A program made the position numbers and the translations under genes. A stretch of 63,692 nucleotides of DNA, counting the filler, from Stramenopiles sp. TOSAG23-6 (lineage: Eukaryota), in the NCBI GenBank assembly GCA_900128565.1. It is 27 parts of 27 records of this genome, joined end to end, with 100 filler letters (N's around TTAATTAATTAA, not from the genome) between each part and the next. Parts side by side here need not be neighbours in the genome. Positions count along the whole stretch, not along the records: positions 49,701 to 51,953 come from LT638180.1; positions 52,054 to 54,304 come from LT638181.1; positions 54,405 to 56,655 come from LT638182.1; positions 56,756 to 59,003 come from LT638183.1; positions 59,104 to 61,348 come from LT638184.1; positions 61,449 to 63,692 come from LT638185.1; 21 more parts are not named here. One strand, 5' to 3'. The notes under the pieces were generated by a model. That model ran no database searches. It worked only from the letters and a program-made list of their open reading frames with translations, and was not told the origin of the DNA. Numbering within the stretch: position 1 is the first letter of the stretch; the number at the start of each line of letters is the position of its first letter. Shown one piece after another: positions 50,176 through 63,048 of the stretch.

Positions 50176-50754
50176 ATGCTCAGTTCATTTGCACGTTTGA
50201 TACTTTCGAAGGACAATGGTGGGGGGACTAAGAAGACTAAAACAAAAAAATATACTGGACTGTCTGAACAAGAGATCAAGAATGCACGTCAGAGAGGAAA
50301 AGATGCGCGGAAGCTTCGGTTGTATGGTTTTACTTCTTTTGATAATGATACACCAAAGAGGTCAAAATCTGCTACAAAAGTTATCGATTCAGTCAACGAC
50401 TTTTCTGTGGGGAAACGAAAAGATTATTCTCCAAGAGATTTAATGCATGGGACTGCTTACTTTCGCCGAACAAGACCGTATGATGTAAGAAATATCAAAA
50501 ATAATTTAAATAGAAAACGCCAACCAAGGCCTCCAAATAGACCACCCCCACCAAAAAAAAATGATAGTAGTAATATCGAATCAAAAACAAATGATAGTAG
50601 TAATATCGAATCAACAGATAAGAAAAACAAATCACATAAATTTGTTAATATAAGGCCAATGGTAGCTTCGAATAAGAACCGGAAGCAAAATTCAGTGGAT
50701 AGTATTCAAATGAATATTAATCGTCGTATTAATCCTCCACCTTCCCCAACTTGA
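50176..50754 (+). CDS. Hypothetical basic protein
   Basis: 192-aa ATG-initiated ORF; no domain recognised. Confidence 0.45.
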   Translation: MLSSFARLILSKDNGGGTKKTKTKKYTGLSEQEIKNARQRGKDARKLRLYGFTSFDNDTPKRSKSATKVIDSVNDFSVGKRKDYSPRDLMHGTAYFRRTRPYDVRNIKNNLNRKRQPRPPNRPPPPKKNDSSNIESKTNDSSNIESTDKKNKSHKFVNIRPMVASNKNRKQNSVDSIQMNINRRINPPPSPT

Positions 50755-50892
50755 TGTATTTTCCCATCGTGGCATCATTGGTAGGCTATTACGATATTGT
50801 AGGGAAATATACTGAATTCAAAATTCATTAGGTATATGAAGCTTTACAATTTAAAACAAAAATAATAATAGAATGAACAATGGAAAACGTAC

Positions 50893-51953
50893 ATATGTGC
50901 ACCAAGAATAAATGGTACAGGCGACTCAGTCATTGATATCATATTTGGTGGTAGTACTGGACAATACACATGTCTCCATTGCAACGGAAATATTAAGGCA
51001 CAAAATGCTTCACAGCAGAGGGATAATCTGGATGTTTTTGTTGAGAGAAATAAAATGCTATCTTCTGATATTAAATGTGCTAATATTTGGCAAATATTTC
51101 TTGGCGAAAGACTCGATAATAATATATGTATAGTGAAAAAATATTTTAGAAAAAAAATGTTAGAGTACGAACTTTTTTTTGTGAGAAAAAAATGATAAAT
51201 AAATTTGAAAATCATGTTGAACACTCACATTCACACAAAGATCATCAAGTGCTGGCAAACTTGATAAAAATGGGGTTATTAATTTTGATTGTAGTCTTTT
51301 GAAACCAAAATAACCTGTAATATTTAGAATATGACCAGGTGCTGGAATTTCAAGCAATGTAAAATAACGAACAGCATCTTTTATATCCGTTACTACATTA
51401 TTTGACGTAAGAAATACCTGATGCAGAGCCGAAAGTAATTGTTGAAATAAATCAAAAAAACTGTGGTGTGAAAAAAAAATATATATTTGTTTTGTTAGGT
51501 ACAGAATTTCGTATGAAAAAAATAAATTCCAAATTGAAAAAAATAAACATACCTATGGTGTGAGAGAATAATGAGTGACGTCACATTTCTATTATATCGA
51601 ATTTTATGCATTGGACTCCTACATGGTGAATTTGCAGTTTTGAAGTTTTTTTTCCTTGATATAAATGAGAGACTTACACAATAAACCTTTCTTCCAGATC
51701 TACTAGTAATTACTCGTATTGTAAAAAATATTTCAAAATGTTTTTTTGTTAGGTACAAAATTTCGTATAAAAAAAAATATAAATTCGAAATTGAGAAATG
51801 AAAACATACACAACTTGAGACTTTTGGCGGCCCGAGACCAAGTGGATGCAAACCCAAGAATAAAGGTTGACCTTTATACGCGACTGGATAAGATTTGTTC
51901 AAAGGAGATGCATTACGGCGATGATTATTTCTTTTTATTACAGGTGATGTATC
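50893..51953 (-). CDS. DENN-domain protein, partial; introns 51714-51809 (probably GT-GA), 51461-51552 (GT-AG), 51126-51228 (GT-AT)
   Basis: 'VITSRSGRKVYCVSL', 'LSHHS|FFDLF', 'EDSILFLS...CEAFCALIFPLQWRHVYCPVLP...ESPVPFILG'. Confidence 0.85.
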
Positions 51954-52136
51954 NNNNNNNNNNNNNNNNNNNNNNNNNNNNNNNNNNNNNNNNNNNNTTA
52001 ATTAATTAANNNNNNNNNNNNNNNNNNNNNNNNNNNNNNNNNNNNNNNNNNNNTGGAAAAATATTTGAAAAAAAANTCGTTAGGTACGAAATTTCGTACG
52101 AAAAAAAATTCGAATTTGAAAAAAAATAAAACATAC

Positions 52137-52832
52137 AGGGGATTGGCGACAGTATATAACGAGTACGCTTCATTACAGATTCTCAGATGTTCTTTACCAC
52201 CCTGTATTGTAAAGAAATATTTTTTCAGTACAAAAAATGGTAAAAATGTTAGGTACAAAATTTCGTAGGAAAAAAAATGCATCATTCATACCAAAAGAAC
52301 ATACATGATAAATACCACCGGATACAAGTCCATCTTTCCATTTTTTATCTTCTCTATTTACATACTTTTGCATCTCACTTATGATAAGTTTTCCATCACG
52401 ACCATGTGTAGGTAATTCGTGGATACATTCAACATTATTTTTTCGAAGAGGTTTTTTAAGATCGTCCATAATGCCATCCTGAATTTTTGTCATTTCCTTG
52501 TCTAAACGGCTTGCACAGTAAGGTATTTGTTTCATCATTCCAAAAGCAACATCTATAAAGTCTTGCCTCAAATCAAAAGCATATTCCAAGAGACCACGCG
52601 TACGAAAATGATGATAACAATGTACAAGACGGGGGAATAATTGNAACAAACGTCGTAAAATAGCAAGACCGACGAAATTAGCAACTAGCACCTTCAAAAA
52701 AGAACGACCCTCCAGCTTTCTTGATACGATCTGTAAAAGGGGCGGTAGAGTGGAATTGCCTCTAACATATTTAGTTGTGTGGAAAAGTAATGCCGCATAT
52801 ATCACCCATTGTTTGATCAAAGCATGTACCAT
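52137..52832 (-). CDS. SGPL1: Sphingosine-1-phosphate lyase, 5' exons; intron 52202-52304 (GT-AG, motif class)
   Basis: Spliced 'WKDGLVSGGIYH|GGKEHLRICNEAYSLYTVANPL'. Confidence 0.85.
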
Positions 52833-53224
52833 AATTTTGAACGGTTGGTTGTGGAACACACTAAGAGGAACAGTGTTTGGACGACTTGTGTCAAAAACAA
52901 GACTTCTAAGTTCCACAAAAAACAGTGTCACTTTTTATCCGTTTTTCGTGTTGTTCTATTGTGATAGGAGCGAAGTCAGAAGTCAGGGTCGAAAGTCGGA
53001 GCGAAAAAAATGATTTTTTGAGTTCATCATCTGGTATTGAAGATATTATATTGAAGAAAATAATGTTAAAAATATTGAAGAAAAAAATGCTACAATGATT
53101 TTCAACAACCAATAATAATTGTCACAACGATTTAACTTCATCAAATACACGTTGTAGCCTGCCACCTCCGAGAATAGCGACAGCATAATTTATTTTTAAA
53201 CACATACTACAGTATAGACCACAC

Positions 53225-54250
53225 ATGCCTAAATGGATAGATATTCCAGCACCAGCTTTACTCGAGATTGGATTGTTTCTACCATTTCACGACGTTCTTT
53301 CTCTAAGTATAGTGTCTCGACCTCAGTATCCTCTACCTCTATCTCTTCATACTCTTCACCATAGAGTTAAAACATTACTTTGCCTCCGTGACAAGAGTGC
53401 AGCAAATGATATTGTTTCATTTGCTCAACGCTTCTATATCACGACACTTTATATTTGTGTTACGGGTGCTAATGATCTATTACAGCTATTATGCCCATAC
53501 ACCTACAAAAACAAGCCTTCGGTTCTTTGTAGTATGAATGATGAAGCCAATGGAAATGCTGAGATGGGCAGTATAGAAGCACTAGTTACAAAAATTTGCC
53601 CCCTATATGCTCAACACTTGAAAATATTGAAAATTAATAATAAGCAACAGCAAAAACGTCATACTCTACCAATCACGCCACTGCGTTATGGACTTAAATT
53701 CCTACATCATTTAGAAATTACAGGAGACGTCAGTGATATTACAGCAATACATGTATGTAGTGTTTTCAATTTTTTTTTTCGTACGAAATTTCATACCTAA
53801 CATTTTTTTTCCTAAAAAAAAACAAAAAAGTAAATTTTTTAAATTATTTTTCACTCTACTTTCTTTAGGTCCTACCTAACAAAAATGATATTTTTTTTTT
53901 AAATATTTTTCACTCTACTTTCTTTACCAAATTTAAGAAGTCTGACTCTAAATAATGTTTCGAATATAGATTTAGTACTGCTTCTATCCGGTATAAATTT
54001 GAAATGCCTTCGGTTGGTAACATGCCACGATATTTTTATAGGTTTGACACTTACTGATGAATCATGGGGTCAGAATTTAAAGCAATTACAGATAAATAAT
54101 TGTACAACAACAGGTGGTAAAATAGATACGATTTTTGCGTATTTACCAAGTTTGAGGTATATAGCTCTACCTGCTTGGATGGTAGATGATATTGGATCAT
54201 TAAGTAATATATTGAGTTTAAAGTCACTTCAACTAAATGATTGTTTAAAT
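53225..54250 (+). CDS. F-box/LRR-like protein, partial; intron 53753-53920 (GT-TT)
   Basis: F-box-like N-terminus 'WIDIPAPALLEIGLFLPFHDVLSLSIVSR'; spliced 'AIH|SLPNLRSLTL'. Confidence 0.65.
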
Positions 54251-54493
54251 GTATGTTTTATTTTTTTTTCAAATTTGATTTTTTTTTCATACGAAATTTT
54301 GTACNNNNNNNNNNNNNNNNNNNNNNNNNNNNNNNNNNNNNNNNNNNNTTAATTAATTAANNNNNNNNNNNNNNNNNNNNNNNNNNNNNNNNNNNNNNNN
54401 NNNNAAAATATTTTTTTTTGTAAAATTCGTTAGGTACAAAATTTCGTACGAAAAAAAAACTAAATTCAAAATTGAAAAATAAATAAAACATAC

Positions 54494-55818
54494 ACTTCAA
54501 CACGTTTTTTCAATGAAATACTGGTGACACATTGGTAATGTGATAATTCCCACACTTTTATTGTGCCATCACGTGAACCAGTACAAAGCAAGTCAGAATG
54601 AGGTCTAACTTTTGGATCCAAACTTTGTACAAATGTAATACAATTTACACCGTCTATATGTGATGTTGAGATATTTTTTGCTGTAAAAGTTTCTAAATCA
54701 ACAGACCATATTTTTCCTTGATCAGATGAGACAGCAAGTGTATTTGTTGATGCATCTGCTGATATTGCTGTAATACGTCCAATAAGTTGTACCTGTCTTT
54801 CAATAATCCATTCCATATCAAAACCACTCAATTGTTTTAGTACACCATCTCCAGAACCAACAAAAAGTTTTTCACCAAATGTGAGTAAAGCAGTGACACC
54901 ATTTGATGAAATTGGCACGGAAGTTCTATACACAAAATGCTCTGTATTAAATACGGCAAATTCTCCATTAGATGTACCAGCAAGTAAGCATGTACCAGAC
55001 GAGTCTATTGCGGAACAAAAGTATTTTCTCGTAAGACCAGATGTTGGCAAAGTACACTTATTTGTCTTCAGGACATATCGAACAGCTCCTACATCATAAA
55101 TTAAACTACATACAATAACATCTGTTGTACATCCAAAATTAATTTGATAGATACTTCTTTGTGTTCGGGGATTGACTGTAGTCCTACCCCATGACATAAT
55201 TGCGATAGGCTTCACAAATGCTCTGCTTACAACAAGCTCACCAACTTCCATGTCCCAAATAGCACAGTTCTCATTACTTGTGGCCGATACAAATTTGGAG
55301 TCTGGGGAAAAAGCAACACTGGAAATTTTGTGCTTCATACCCTCAAAGACATAGATATTTGACATGTTATAAAAGTCCCAAATAATTACAGGGGCAGCAT
55401 CTCCTGCATGTACCTTGGAACCTAATTGTCCACTAGCGATGAAACGACCATCTGGAGATATATCGATTGAAGTCACATCAGCGTCATGTCCTTGAAGGAA
55501 GCGCTGCTTATGTGGATCAGTAAGATCACCAACAACAATAACACTGCCAATGTTATATACAATAATATTAGGTTGAGTTGGATGAAATTGTAATGTTTTA
55601 GGGTATCTACCAGAATACCCAAATACGTGTTCAAGTTCCATGCAGTCGTCTACCGCTTCACTATTTTGCTCAACGTTGAGACGGGCAGAACTTGACTGTT
55701 GCTGAGGACCTCCATACGATCTACCAGATGGCAATGGACCAATTGAGCGTGCAGTTTTTGGATTTGTTCTCGACGTGAACAAATCTGGACGGCGAGAACC
55801 AGCTCTAGAAGACGCCAT
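54494..55818 (-). CDS. CFAP52: CFAP52/WDR16-like ciliary WD40 protein, first exon
   Basis: 'ELEHVFGYSG', 'QRFLQGHDADVTSIDISPDGRFIASGQ', 'APVIIWDF'; GTATGT donor at 54493. Confidence 0.75.
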
Positions 55819-56148
55819 TCTCACACAGATGTTGTATAGTATTTACAAGGAAAATAATCTAACAACTGCTAATCTCTTTTTTTTTATGAAACCGAAATTT
55901 CCTTGGGCTTGCAACAAACCTGCTCCACGTATTTCAATATCATCATCATCATATTTAATAGTATTCAAATTGAATCACTGATTTTCTTGAGATCGATCAG
56001 ATTTCTATTTACAGTACCTGTCGCACGTATTCATAATAAAATGACTATATTCACACATTATTGGTATAACAATAATATATCACTGTAAATAGATTCGAAT
56101 TATTTTAAAGACTCTCATAAAATTCAGAAAATATTTTTTAGTTATTTT

Positions 56149-56415
56149 TTAGTTATTTTGAAAATAATTCAACAAAATTTTATATTCATTACTATAATTT
56201 GAACTTGCATAATTGTCTGTTTCGGAACTCCAGAGACATCGTGAACTCACTCTGACAGAATGCTCTCTCTTTTCACCCAATGCAACCTGAACAACTACCT
56301 TGTAGCGAGGTATATTCAGCTCTTTCACTCTCTTTTTTATTTCCTCAGCAATCTTTGTACTCATATCAATACTGTCGTCATCGTCATATTTATTTTCTCC
56401 TATGTTTTCCTTTGT
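56149..56415 (-). CDS. Tctex-1 family dynein light chain fragment
   Basis: 'IAEEIKKRVKELNIPRYKVVVQVALGE...VRVSSRCLWSSETDNYAS'; both ends disrupted; the N-terminal part appears inverted at ~56586-56655. Confidence 0.75.
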   Translation of the reverse strand, partial: TKENIGENKYDDDDSIDMSTKIAEEIKKRVKELNIPRYKVVVQVALGEKREHSVRVSSRCLWSSETDNYASSNYSNEYKILLNYFQNN

Positions 56416-56755
56416 TCGTGTCTCAACATATTATACTTTTTTCTGTTTTTTTATGGATTCAACTATACAATATTCCATTGTATGCATCTATACATTATCA
56501 CTGGCTCATTTGAACAAAAAAACTGTCATCAAATATCATTACTCATTAAAACAAACCCTATCCAAATATATTCTTTAACAACAAAGACCATCTCAAGTAA
56601 AATATATATGTGACCAGGTATTGAAGGAAAACATCGGAGAAAATAAATATGACGANNNNNNNNNNNNNNNNNNNNNNNNNNNNNNNNNNNNNNNNNNNNT
56701 TAATTAATTAANNNNNNNNNNNNNNNNNNNNNNNNNNNNNNNNNNNNNNNNNNNN

Positions 56756-59003
56756 TTGTTGTTTTAATCTTAGCCTTCTTAACACTTTCCATGCGCTGCA
56801 CTTCATGATCCTCTGAATCCTTCGACACAGAAATTGACGATGCATCACGTTTCCGACCTAATAACTTGGTACGCAATGCATTTTCATTGTTTCCACTTAT
56901 TTTCATTTTTGATGATTCAGTAGAACTTTTCTTTTGAAGATTGATAACTTTCTTCAAAGGAACAATTTTCTTAGGAATAATGCTCTTTGTTTTAAGTGCG
57001 GTAGAAACACCAGATGAATTCTTTAGTTTAGCCTTTAATTCTTTATTTGCCGCCGTCACTTTAAGAAGATTATCTTGTAAAGTTTTATACTTGGTAACTA
57101 AATTCTTCAATGTAAGTACCCGCTTCTCATTTAAACTAGTTAATTTATTATTCAACTCGGTGAGACGCGAAACTTCTTTTGTTAATTGTCCAATTTTCGC
57201 ATTTAACCCTCCAATCTTACTTTCACTAGAAGTATTTTTAGTTGATAATTCCTTTAATTCTTTCTTCAATGAATTAATTGTAGTCTTCAATACTGCAATA
57301 TCTGTTGTATCATTTTTGTTTCCTTCATCTGAGGTATTACTAGTGACTAATTGATTTGATTGCGATTCAGCTGCTTCTTTTTTTACTGACTCAATAATTT
57401 CGTGTAATTTTGCAATTTCTTGGTCTGCAGTTTTTGTTTTACTACATAATTCTTCCCGTAATGCTTCAATAGTAGCTAAATGTGCGGCAACTTGTGTAGA
57501 ATCAACAGAACTAGTGCCACCAGAAACGGCAGTAGCCGTCGGACTAATACCAGATGATTCGCCAATCGTATTCATTTTCTGTTTTATTGCTTCTAATTCT
57601 GAAGATATTGTAGCTAATTCAGCAACTTTTGTAGCCAATCGTTTCTCAACGTCAACTTTTTCGTCAATTGAAGTTTTTGCCTTTGCTTGTAGTTCAAGAA
57701 CTTTTGCACGCATTTTATCACCTCTACCTTGAGCTTTTTGTTTCTCAGCACTGACTTTCGTTACAGTTTCTTTAACTTCTGAAATTTCCTTCTTCAACTT
57801 TACATTTTCTGTATTAATTTTTTTATTCTCTAGAGAAGCTACCGTTGCTTGCTTGTCTTTACTAACAATTGAAGTACGAAGTTCTCGATTTGAGGCCTGT
57901 AACTTTTTCATTTTAGTAACTAATTCGACACGCTTCACCTTCATAGTTTTGATTTCTTCTTGAGATGAATCGTGTTTTTTTTTCAAAGTAGCAAATTCCT
58001 CAGGGTCTACTGTATGAAACTTGGATATTAAACCTTTGGCATGTGTTTGCCAACGAGTAACATCAGCTTCCAAAGAAAGTTTCATTGCCTCCAGACTCTT
58101 AATTTTTGTACTCAAGGCATTAATTTCATTCTTTAATGGCTCAATTATTTTTTCACTTTTTGATAACTTTTCCTCCGCATCTTGAGCGCGTTGAGTAAAT
58201 CTTTCCACAGATGCTCTCAAAGTTGTGTTTGATTCTCTCAATAAATTCATCTGTGATACTTTCTCCATTAATTCTTCGTGATCTTTAGTACTTGCTTCTT
58301 TGGCATTAGTACGCATAGTATTCGCTGCAGAACGCGCTTCTTTTAATGAACTTTGTAATGAAGATAAATGCTTCTGCGCGCGATCGTTTTCCTGTGTAAC
58401 TAGATCTAATTTACATTCAACAATTTCCTTTTCACGACGAATAAATTTTACAACCTCTCTTAATTCGGACATATTACGCCGATGTTCTTCCGTAATATTA
58501 TTATTATTATTGGTAGACTCACTTGTCACAATATCAGCACCAGCTACCGCCGCGGCAACACGATTTTCTTGATATTTTTTAAGTTCACTTGCGAGACTGT
58601 CAAGTTGATCATGTANNNNNNNNNNNNNNNNNNNNNNNNNNNNNNNNNNNNNNNNNNNNNNNNNNNNNNNNNNNNNNNNNNNNNNNNNNNNNNNNNNNNN
58701 NNNNNNNNNNNNNNNNNNNNNNNNNNNNNNNNNNNNNNNNNNNNNNNNNNNTTTGATGTTTTTTGAAATGACTTTTGTAAAGTCTCAAGTTTCGTCTTTG
58801 CCTCTCTCAGTAATTTAAGATCGTTCGCGTGTGATGTCAATTCTCTTTCATAATTGCCCTGTGATGTACTAGAAATTCGCGTGTGACGACTTACATCGCT
58901 TTTGAGACTACTAATTTGTTTCTTCGCAGTATCCAACTCAGCATTGCATGTAGCAAGCTTTGTTTCGTAATTCTTCTTCGATGAATCTGCTAATTCCTTC
59001 GCT
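56756..59003 (-). CDS. TPR: Nucleoprotein TPR/Mlp1, fragment
   Basis: 'NYERELTSHAND', 'LREVVKFIRREKEIVECKLDL', 'MNLLRESNTTLR', long coiled coil. Confidence 0.85.
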
Positions 59004-59547
59004 NNNNNNNNNNNNNNNNNNNNNNNNNNNNNNNNNNNNNNNNNNNNTTAATTAATTAANNNNNNNNNNNNNNNNNNNNNNNNNNNNNNNNNNNNNNNNN
59101 NNNGTAAGACAAAATATTGTTAATCGAGCATCGTTTGTACAGCATCAACGACAACAAGCACAAATGTAAAAGTATTCGCCTTTGCACATGTCTCTTCCTT
59201 CTAGAAACATGGTCTATAGACAATTTCAAGAGGAAAGATTTCGCACGCCTCAATCACCTAACCGTCGCAAATTAACAAGATCAACAAGTTTGAGTTCATT
59301 GGTTCCAGAAATGGAATTATTTGATGAGAAAAAAGAAATAATCAAAATGTCAGGCGAGGACAGATTTAAATAATGTGAATCTTTTGTTTACAATCAAAGT
59401 TTCAATACTATTCTCTCAATTTAAATAATTAATAATAGTTGAGGGGGGGAAACTAGTAGAAATGAGGGCAGGTTTGTGTTATTCTCTATTACCCTTCTCC
59501 AAAAACAAAATAAAAATTTTAAATCTATGAAAATCTATAAAAATCTT

Positions 59548-61035
59548 TTATTCTTTGAGTTTAGCTTCAGAAAGACCTTGAAGAAATTCATTATTATACG
59601 CAGAAATACGTTCAGCATATAATTTATGAGTGGCTTCAAGTATTTTTTGAAATTTTGTAGCATCTTGCTCTCGGCATTTAATGTTATATTCTTTTAATGT
59701 GTTTAATTGATTCGCCATTTTATGAGATTCTATTTCATATCCTTCAACTGTATCTTTCAATGCTTGTATATCTTCCATTAAATGTTTATTATTGTCATCA
59801 TCATAGACTCTTAATGTGTTTAATCCATTCGCCATTTTATGAGATCCTATTTCATATCCTTCAATTTTATCTTTCAATGTTTGAATGGCTTTGTTGTGCT
59901 TTTTGTCCCTTTCAGTACAAAATTCTCGGAATTTTAGCTTTAATTTCATCAATGCCTTTTTATTCTCGTCATTACTAGTCGTAATTTCTTTTTTGCAATT
60001 TTCTTTCACTTTTGTCACAAGAGCTTGTGCTGATAATAATGCGTCTTTATCTTTTTGTGCTCTATTTCTTTCAGATAAAGTGAGATTTGTAAATTTCTTT
60101 GTCCAACTTAATTTGGCTTTACGCATAGTTTCCTTATGTTGTTCACAAAGTTGTGTTTTCATGGCTTCTTCAGATAGCTCTTGTTTCTTCATCATTAAAT
60201 CAATATAATTTTCTAACTTATTTTCTTCATTTTTCGTAGATTTATTTTTGTTTGTGACTCCGCCATTTTCGATAAAGTTATTTAACAAACCTTTATAATG
60301 ATTTTGTAATTTGTACATCTTTTCCATTTTTACATTCAAGTTTTGTTCCTTCTTTTGTCGATTATTTATATTCATTTTGTGTGTTGTTGTCATTGCCAAG
60401 ATTTTGTTCTGTAGACATCGTAGCTCAGTTGTGGAATTATCGATAACATACAAGTTTAATATTGTATGTAATATTGGATATTATTGCTTTTTATTTTTTT
60501 TTCCATACAAATCTGATATTCATTTTTGACGGAATTTAATTCATCATGAATATGCCTCGTACATTCGTGTACTGCTTGGTCTATCTCTAACTTCATTTCT
60601 AGTTCTTGTTCATGTTTCAGAAAAGAAATATATCGATGTTCATTTAATTCAATTTGAGAGATTTCATCTTTCAGTCTATTATTTTGTTTCACCCAAGAAA
60701 TTTCATTATTTATTTCACGATTGTACACCATATCGACATCACTATGTACTTGTGCTAATTGCTGAGATAAGCTTTCATTAGTATTGATGTGCTTATTAAG
60801 TTTTCCTTCTAAGTTTTCTTGTGCATTTGCTTCATTCAAACGAAATCCTACCGTCAATTCGTACAACGCATCTGCATGATCATTTAATGTCACATTATGC
60901 TGTGCAGCTGCTTCTTCTAACTCTGCTTTATGTCGGTTTTCGATATGCTCTCTAGAAATATTTTCTTGGGTTATATATTCCGCGTGTTTCTCTTCATGTG
61001 ATTCCAATGCCGATGTAAGCGATTGAATATGTTTT
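59548..61035 (-). CDS. Hypothetical coiled-coil protein (two ORFs, join unresolved)
   Basis: Heptad-rich ORFs at 60456-61103 and 59548-60453; internal repeat 'IQxLKDxxEGYEIxSHKMANxLNTL' occurs twice. Confidence 0.55.
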
Positions 61036-61057
61036 TTTGTATTTTCAAAAAGTACAG

Positions 61058-61268
61058 GATATTGCAAAAAAAGTCGCAATGCATGTGGTGGTCGCAAGGC
61101 CAAGGTATTTATCCCGTGAATTTGTACCAGAATTAATAATAAAAAAGGAAAAAGAGATTATAATTGAACAACTAGTTGCAGAAGGAAAACCGGAAAAAAT
61201 GTTTGATAAAATTATTCCAGGAAAACTCAACAAATTTTATGAAGAGAATTGTTTAGTGGATCAGCCAT
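61058..61268 (+). CDS. TSFM: Organellar elongation factor Ts, internal exon
   Basis: 'DIAKKVAMHVVVARPRYLSREFVPE...GKPEKMFDKIIPGKLNKFYEENCLVDQP', followed by a GTACGT donor and motif intron. Confidence 0.88.
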
Positions 61269-61509
61269 GTACGTTTTCAATTTCGAATTTCAATTTTTTT
61301 TTTTTTTTTAAATTTTAATTTTTCATACGAAATTTTGTACCTAACAATNNNNNNNNNNNNNNNNNNNNNNNNNNNNNNNNNNNNNNNNNNNNTTAATTAA
61401 TTAANNNNNNNNNNNNNNNNNNNNNNNNNNNNNNNNNNNNNNNNNNNNTTTTTTTCGTACGAAATTTTGTACCTAACGATTTTTTTTGAAATATTTTTTC
61501 AAAATATAT

Positions 61510-61819
61510 TGGTGTAAAGAAGGACTTTATCAAAGCTAAAGAATATTTGGAAAGATCAGCTAATAATGGAAGTTGTTTGGGCCAGTTTCTTCTAAGTCGT
61601 TGTTATATGATGGGACTTGGTGTTGAAAAAGACACAAAGAAAGCTTGGAAATTATGCACAACAGCAGCCAATTCAAATTGTGCTATTGCGTCGGACACAC
61701 TTGCGTCGGAGAGTTTCAATATTCATCCTATTAAAATGGATGATTCCGGTAGCAGTAGGAAATTTTCATTTTCTTGTAAAGTGCCTCAGAAATCATTTGA
61801 TGTTATGAAAACAATCTGA
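61510..61819 (+). CDS. Sel1-repeat protein, terminal exon
   Basis: 'GVKKDFIKAKEYLERSANNG', 'CYMMGLGVEKDTKKAWKL'; acceptor TTCAAAATATAT. Confidence 0.75.
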
Positions 61820-61939
61820 GTGAATTATAAAAAGAAACATCAGTTCTATTTTTTAGAATTCATTTATAATAATAATCGTTCAATCAGTTCTATTTTTTAG
61901 AATTCATTTATAATAATAATCTAAATCGTTCAATTAACT

Positions 61940-62863
61940 TTAACAAACGTTCAACATCCTTTCTGCCGCAATTGTTTCTTTCTCTGTTCTCACAGATGAT
62001 TCAATCACTGGCTCAACATTAAATGTACGCATCAATTCTAATGTGCTTTTTGTGATTGAAGTGGCTGCAGGGACCCCACTTAGATAATCTCCTTCATTTC
62101 CTCCAAGAAAAGTGCCCGTCCAACAGCGGAATCTCATTTTTGCAATCCACGACTTGGAGGGAACAAAAAACGAACCAAAGAGTTGAATGGAGTCACCATT
62201 AGGGATTTCTTTTAATTTGTTTCTTAATCTCGATAATCCGAATTCCAGTGCTTTTACATCTGCACCAAATGCAATCCATATTTCCTTCACCAAACCTGTT
62301 TTTAGTTTCTCCTGCAAACGATTCCATTCTTCTTCACGCGCTTCGCTACCAAGTGAATCAAGACTTCCACCTATATGTGGATTAAACACAACGCCAAATG
62401 ATATTGTGCTTAGCTGATCAGCTGCTGCTCGTCTTAGGGTTGCCATGGAATCCAGAGTTTTCTTTTTACCACCACCACTAACTACTAATGTTGAATTGAC
62501 ACCAGCGGAACAAATTTTATCTATGTAATTTTTAAATCGATGATACGTAGCATCTTCTCTTGTGGCATATGGTGCCCTGGCATTTTTGCCCGCACCAACA
62601 TAAGCACATTTGGCGCTCCATACCACTGATACTTTGATATTTTTTTTCTTTAAAATTGGAACAAGCAAATGAGCAAAACGAGGGTTATCCAAAGAGCTTT
62701 CTTTACCTTTAAAGGTCAATAGCACACGTGATAATGATACATTTTCACACAATGGGAAAATGACGCGGTGAATTAGTTGTTTCAACTCTTTTTGAGTTTT
62801 GAAGTATAATTCTAGGACAACCATTTCGCAATCATGAAGTTGAAAAACACAAATGGCACACAA
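61940..62863 (-). CDS. Conserved hypothetical protein, possibly MTHFR-like fold
   Basis: 307-aa ORF with 'LVVSGGG', 'GVVFNP', 'EEWNRLQEKLKTG', 'MRFRCW'; start uncertain. Confidence 0.5.
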   Translation of the reverse strand: MCAICVFQLHDCEMVVLELYFKTQKELKQLIHRVIFPLCENVSLSRVLLTFKGKESSLDNPRFAHLLVPILKKKNIKVSVVWSAKCAYVGAGKNARAPYATREDATYHRFKNYIDKICSAGVNSTLVVSGGGKKKTLDSMATLRRAAADQLSTISFGVVFNPHIGGSLDSLGSEAREEEWNRLQEKLKTGLVKEIWIAFGADVKALEFGLSRLRNKLKEIPNGDSIQLFGSFFVPSKSWIAKMRFRCWTGTFLGGNEGDYLSGVPAATSITKSTLELMRTFNVEPVIESSVRTEKETIAAERMLNVC

Positions 62864-63048
62864 GCTTACTACTGTAAGAAATAGTGTCGTAGAAGAAAAA
62901 AATAGTCATCGTTGTTTTTTGACGAAAATCTCCGAAAACGCAATCAATACGAATACTAAGTCCATCATCCTTTCCTTTAATGAAGATACAGAAGAAGGTC
63001 CAGATGTTTGTTCATGATCCATGATTTTGTTGATTTATCCTTTATCAA

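Noticed and set aside
4377-54352. Many short F/K-rich ORFs containing 'YEILYLT', 'LGTKFRTK' or 'VRNFVPN'
   Set aside because: These are translations of the intron motif and poly-T/A tracts, not proteins.
56380-56655. Programmed inversion or scrambling of the Tctex1 gene
   Set aside because: An inverted ~32-nt overlap at a contig end is typical of amplification chimeras; there is no independent support.
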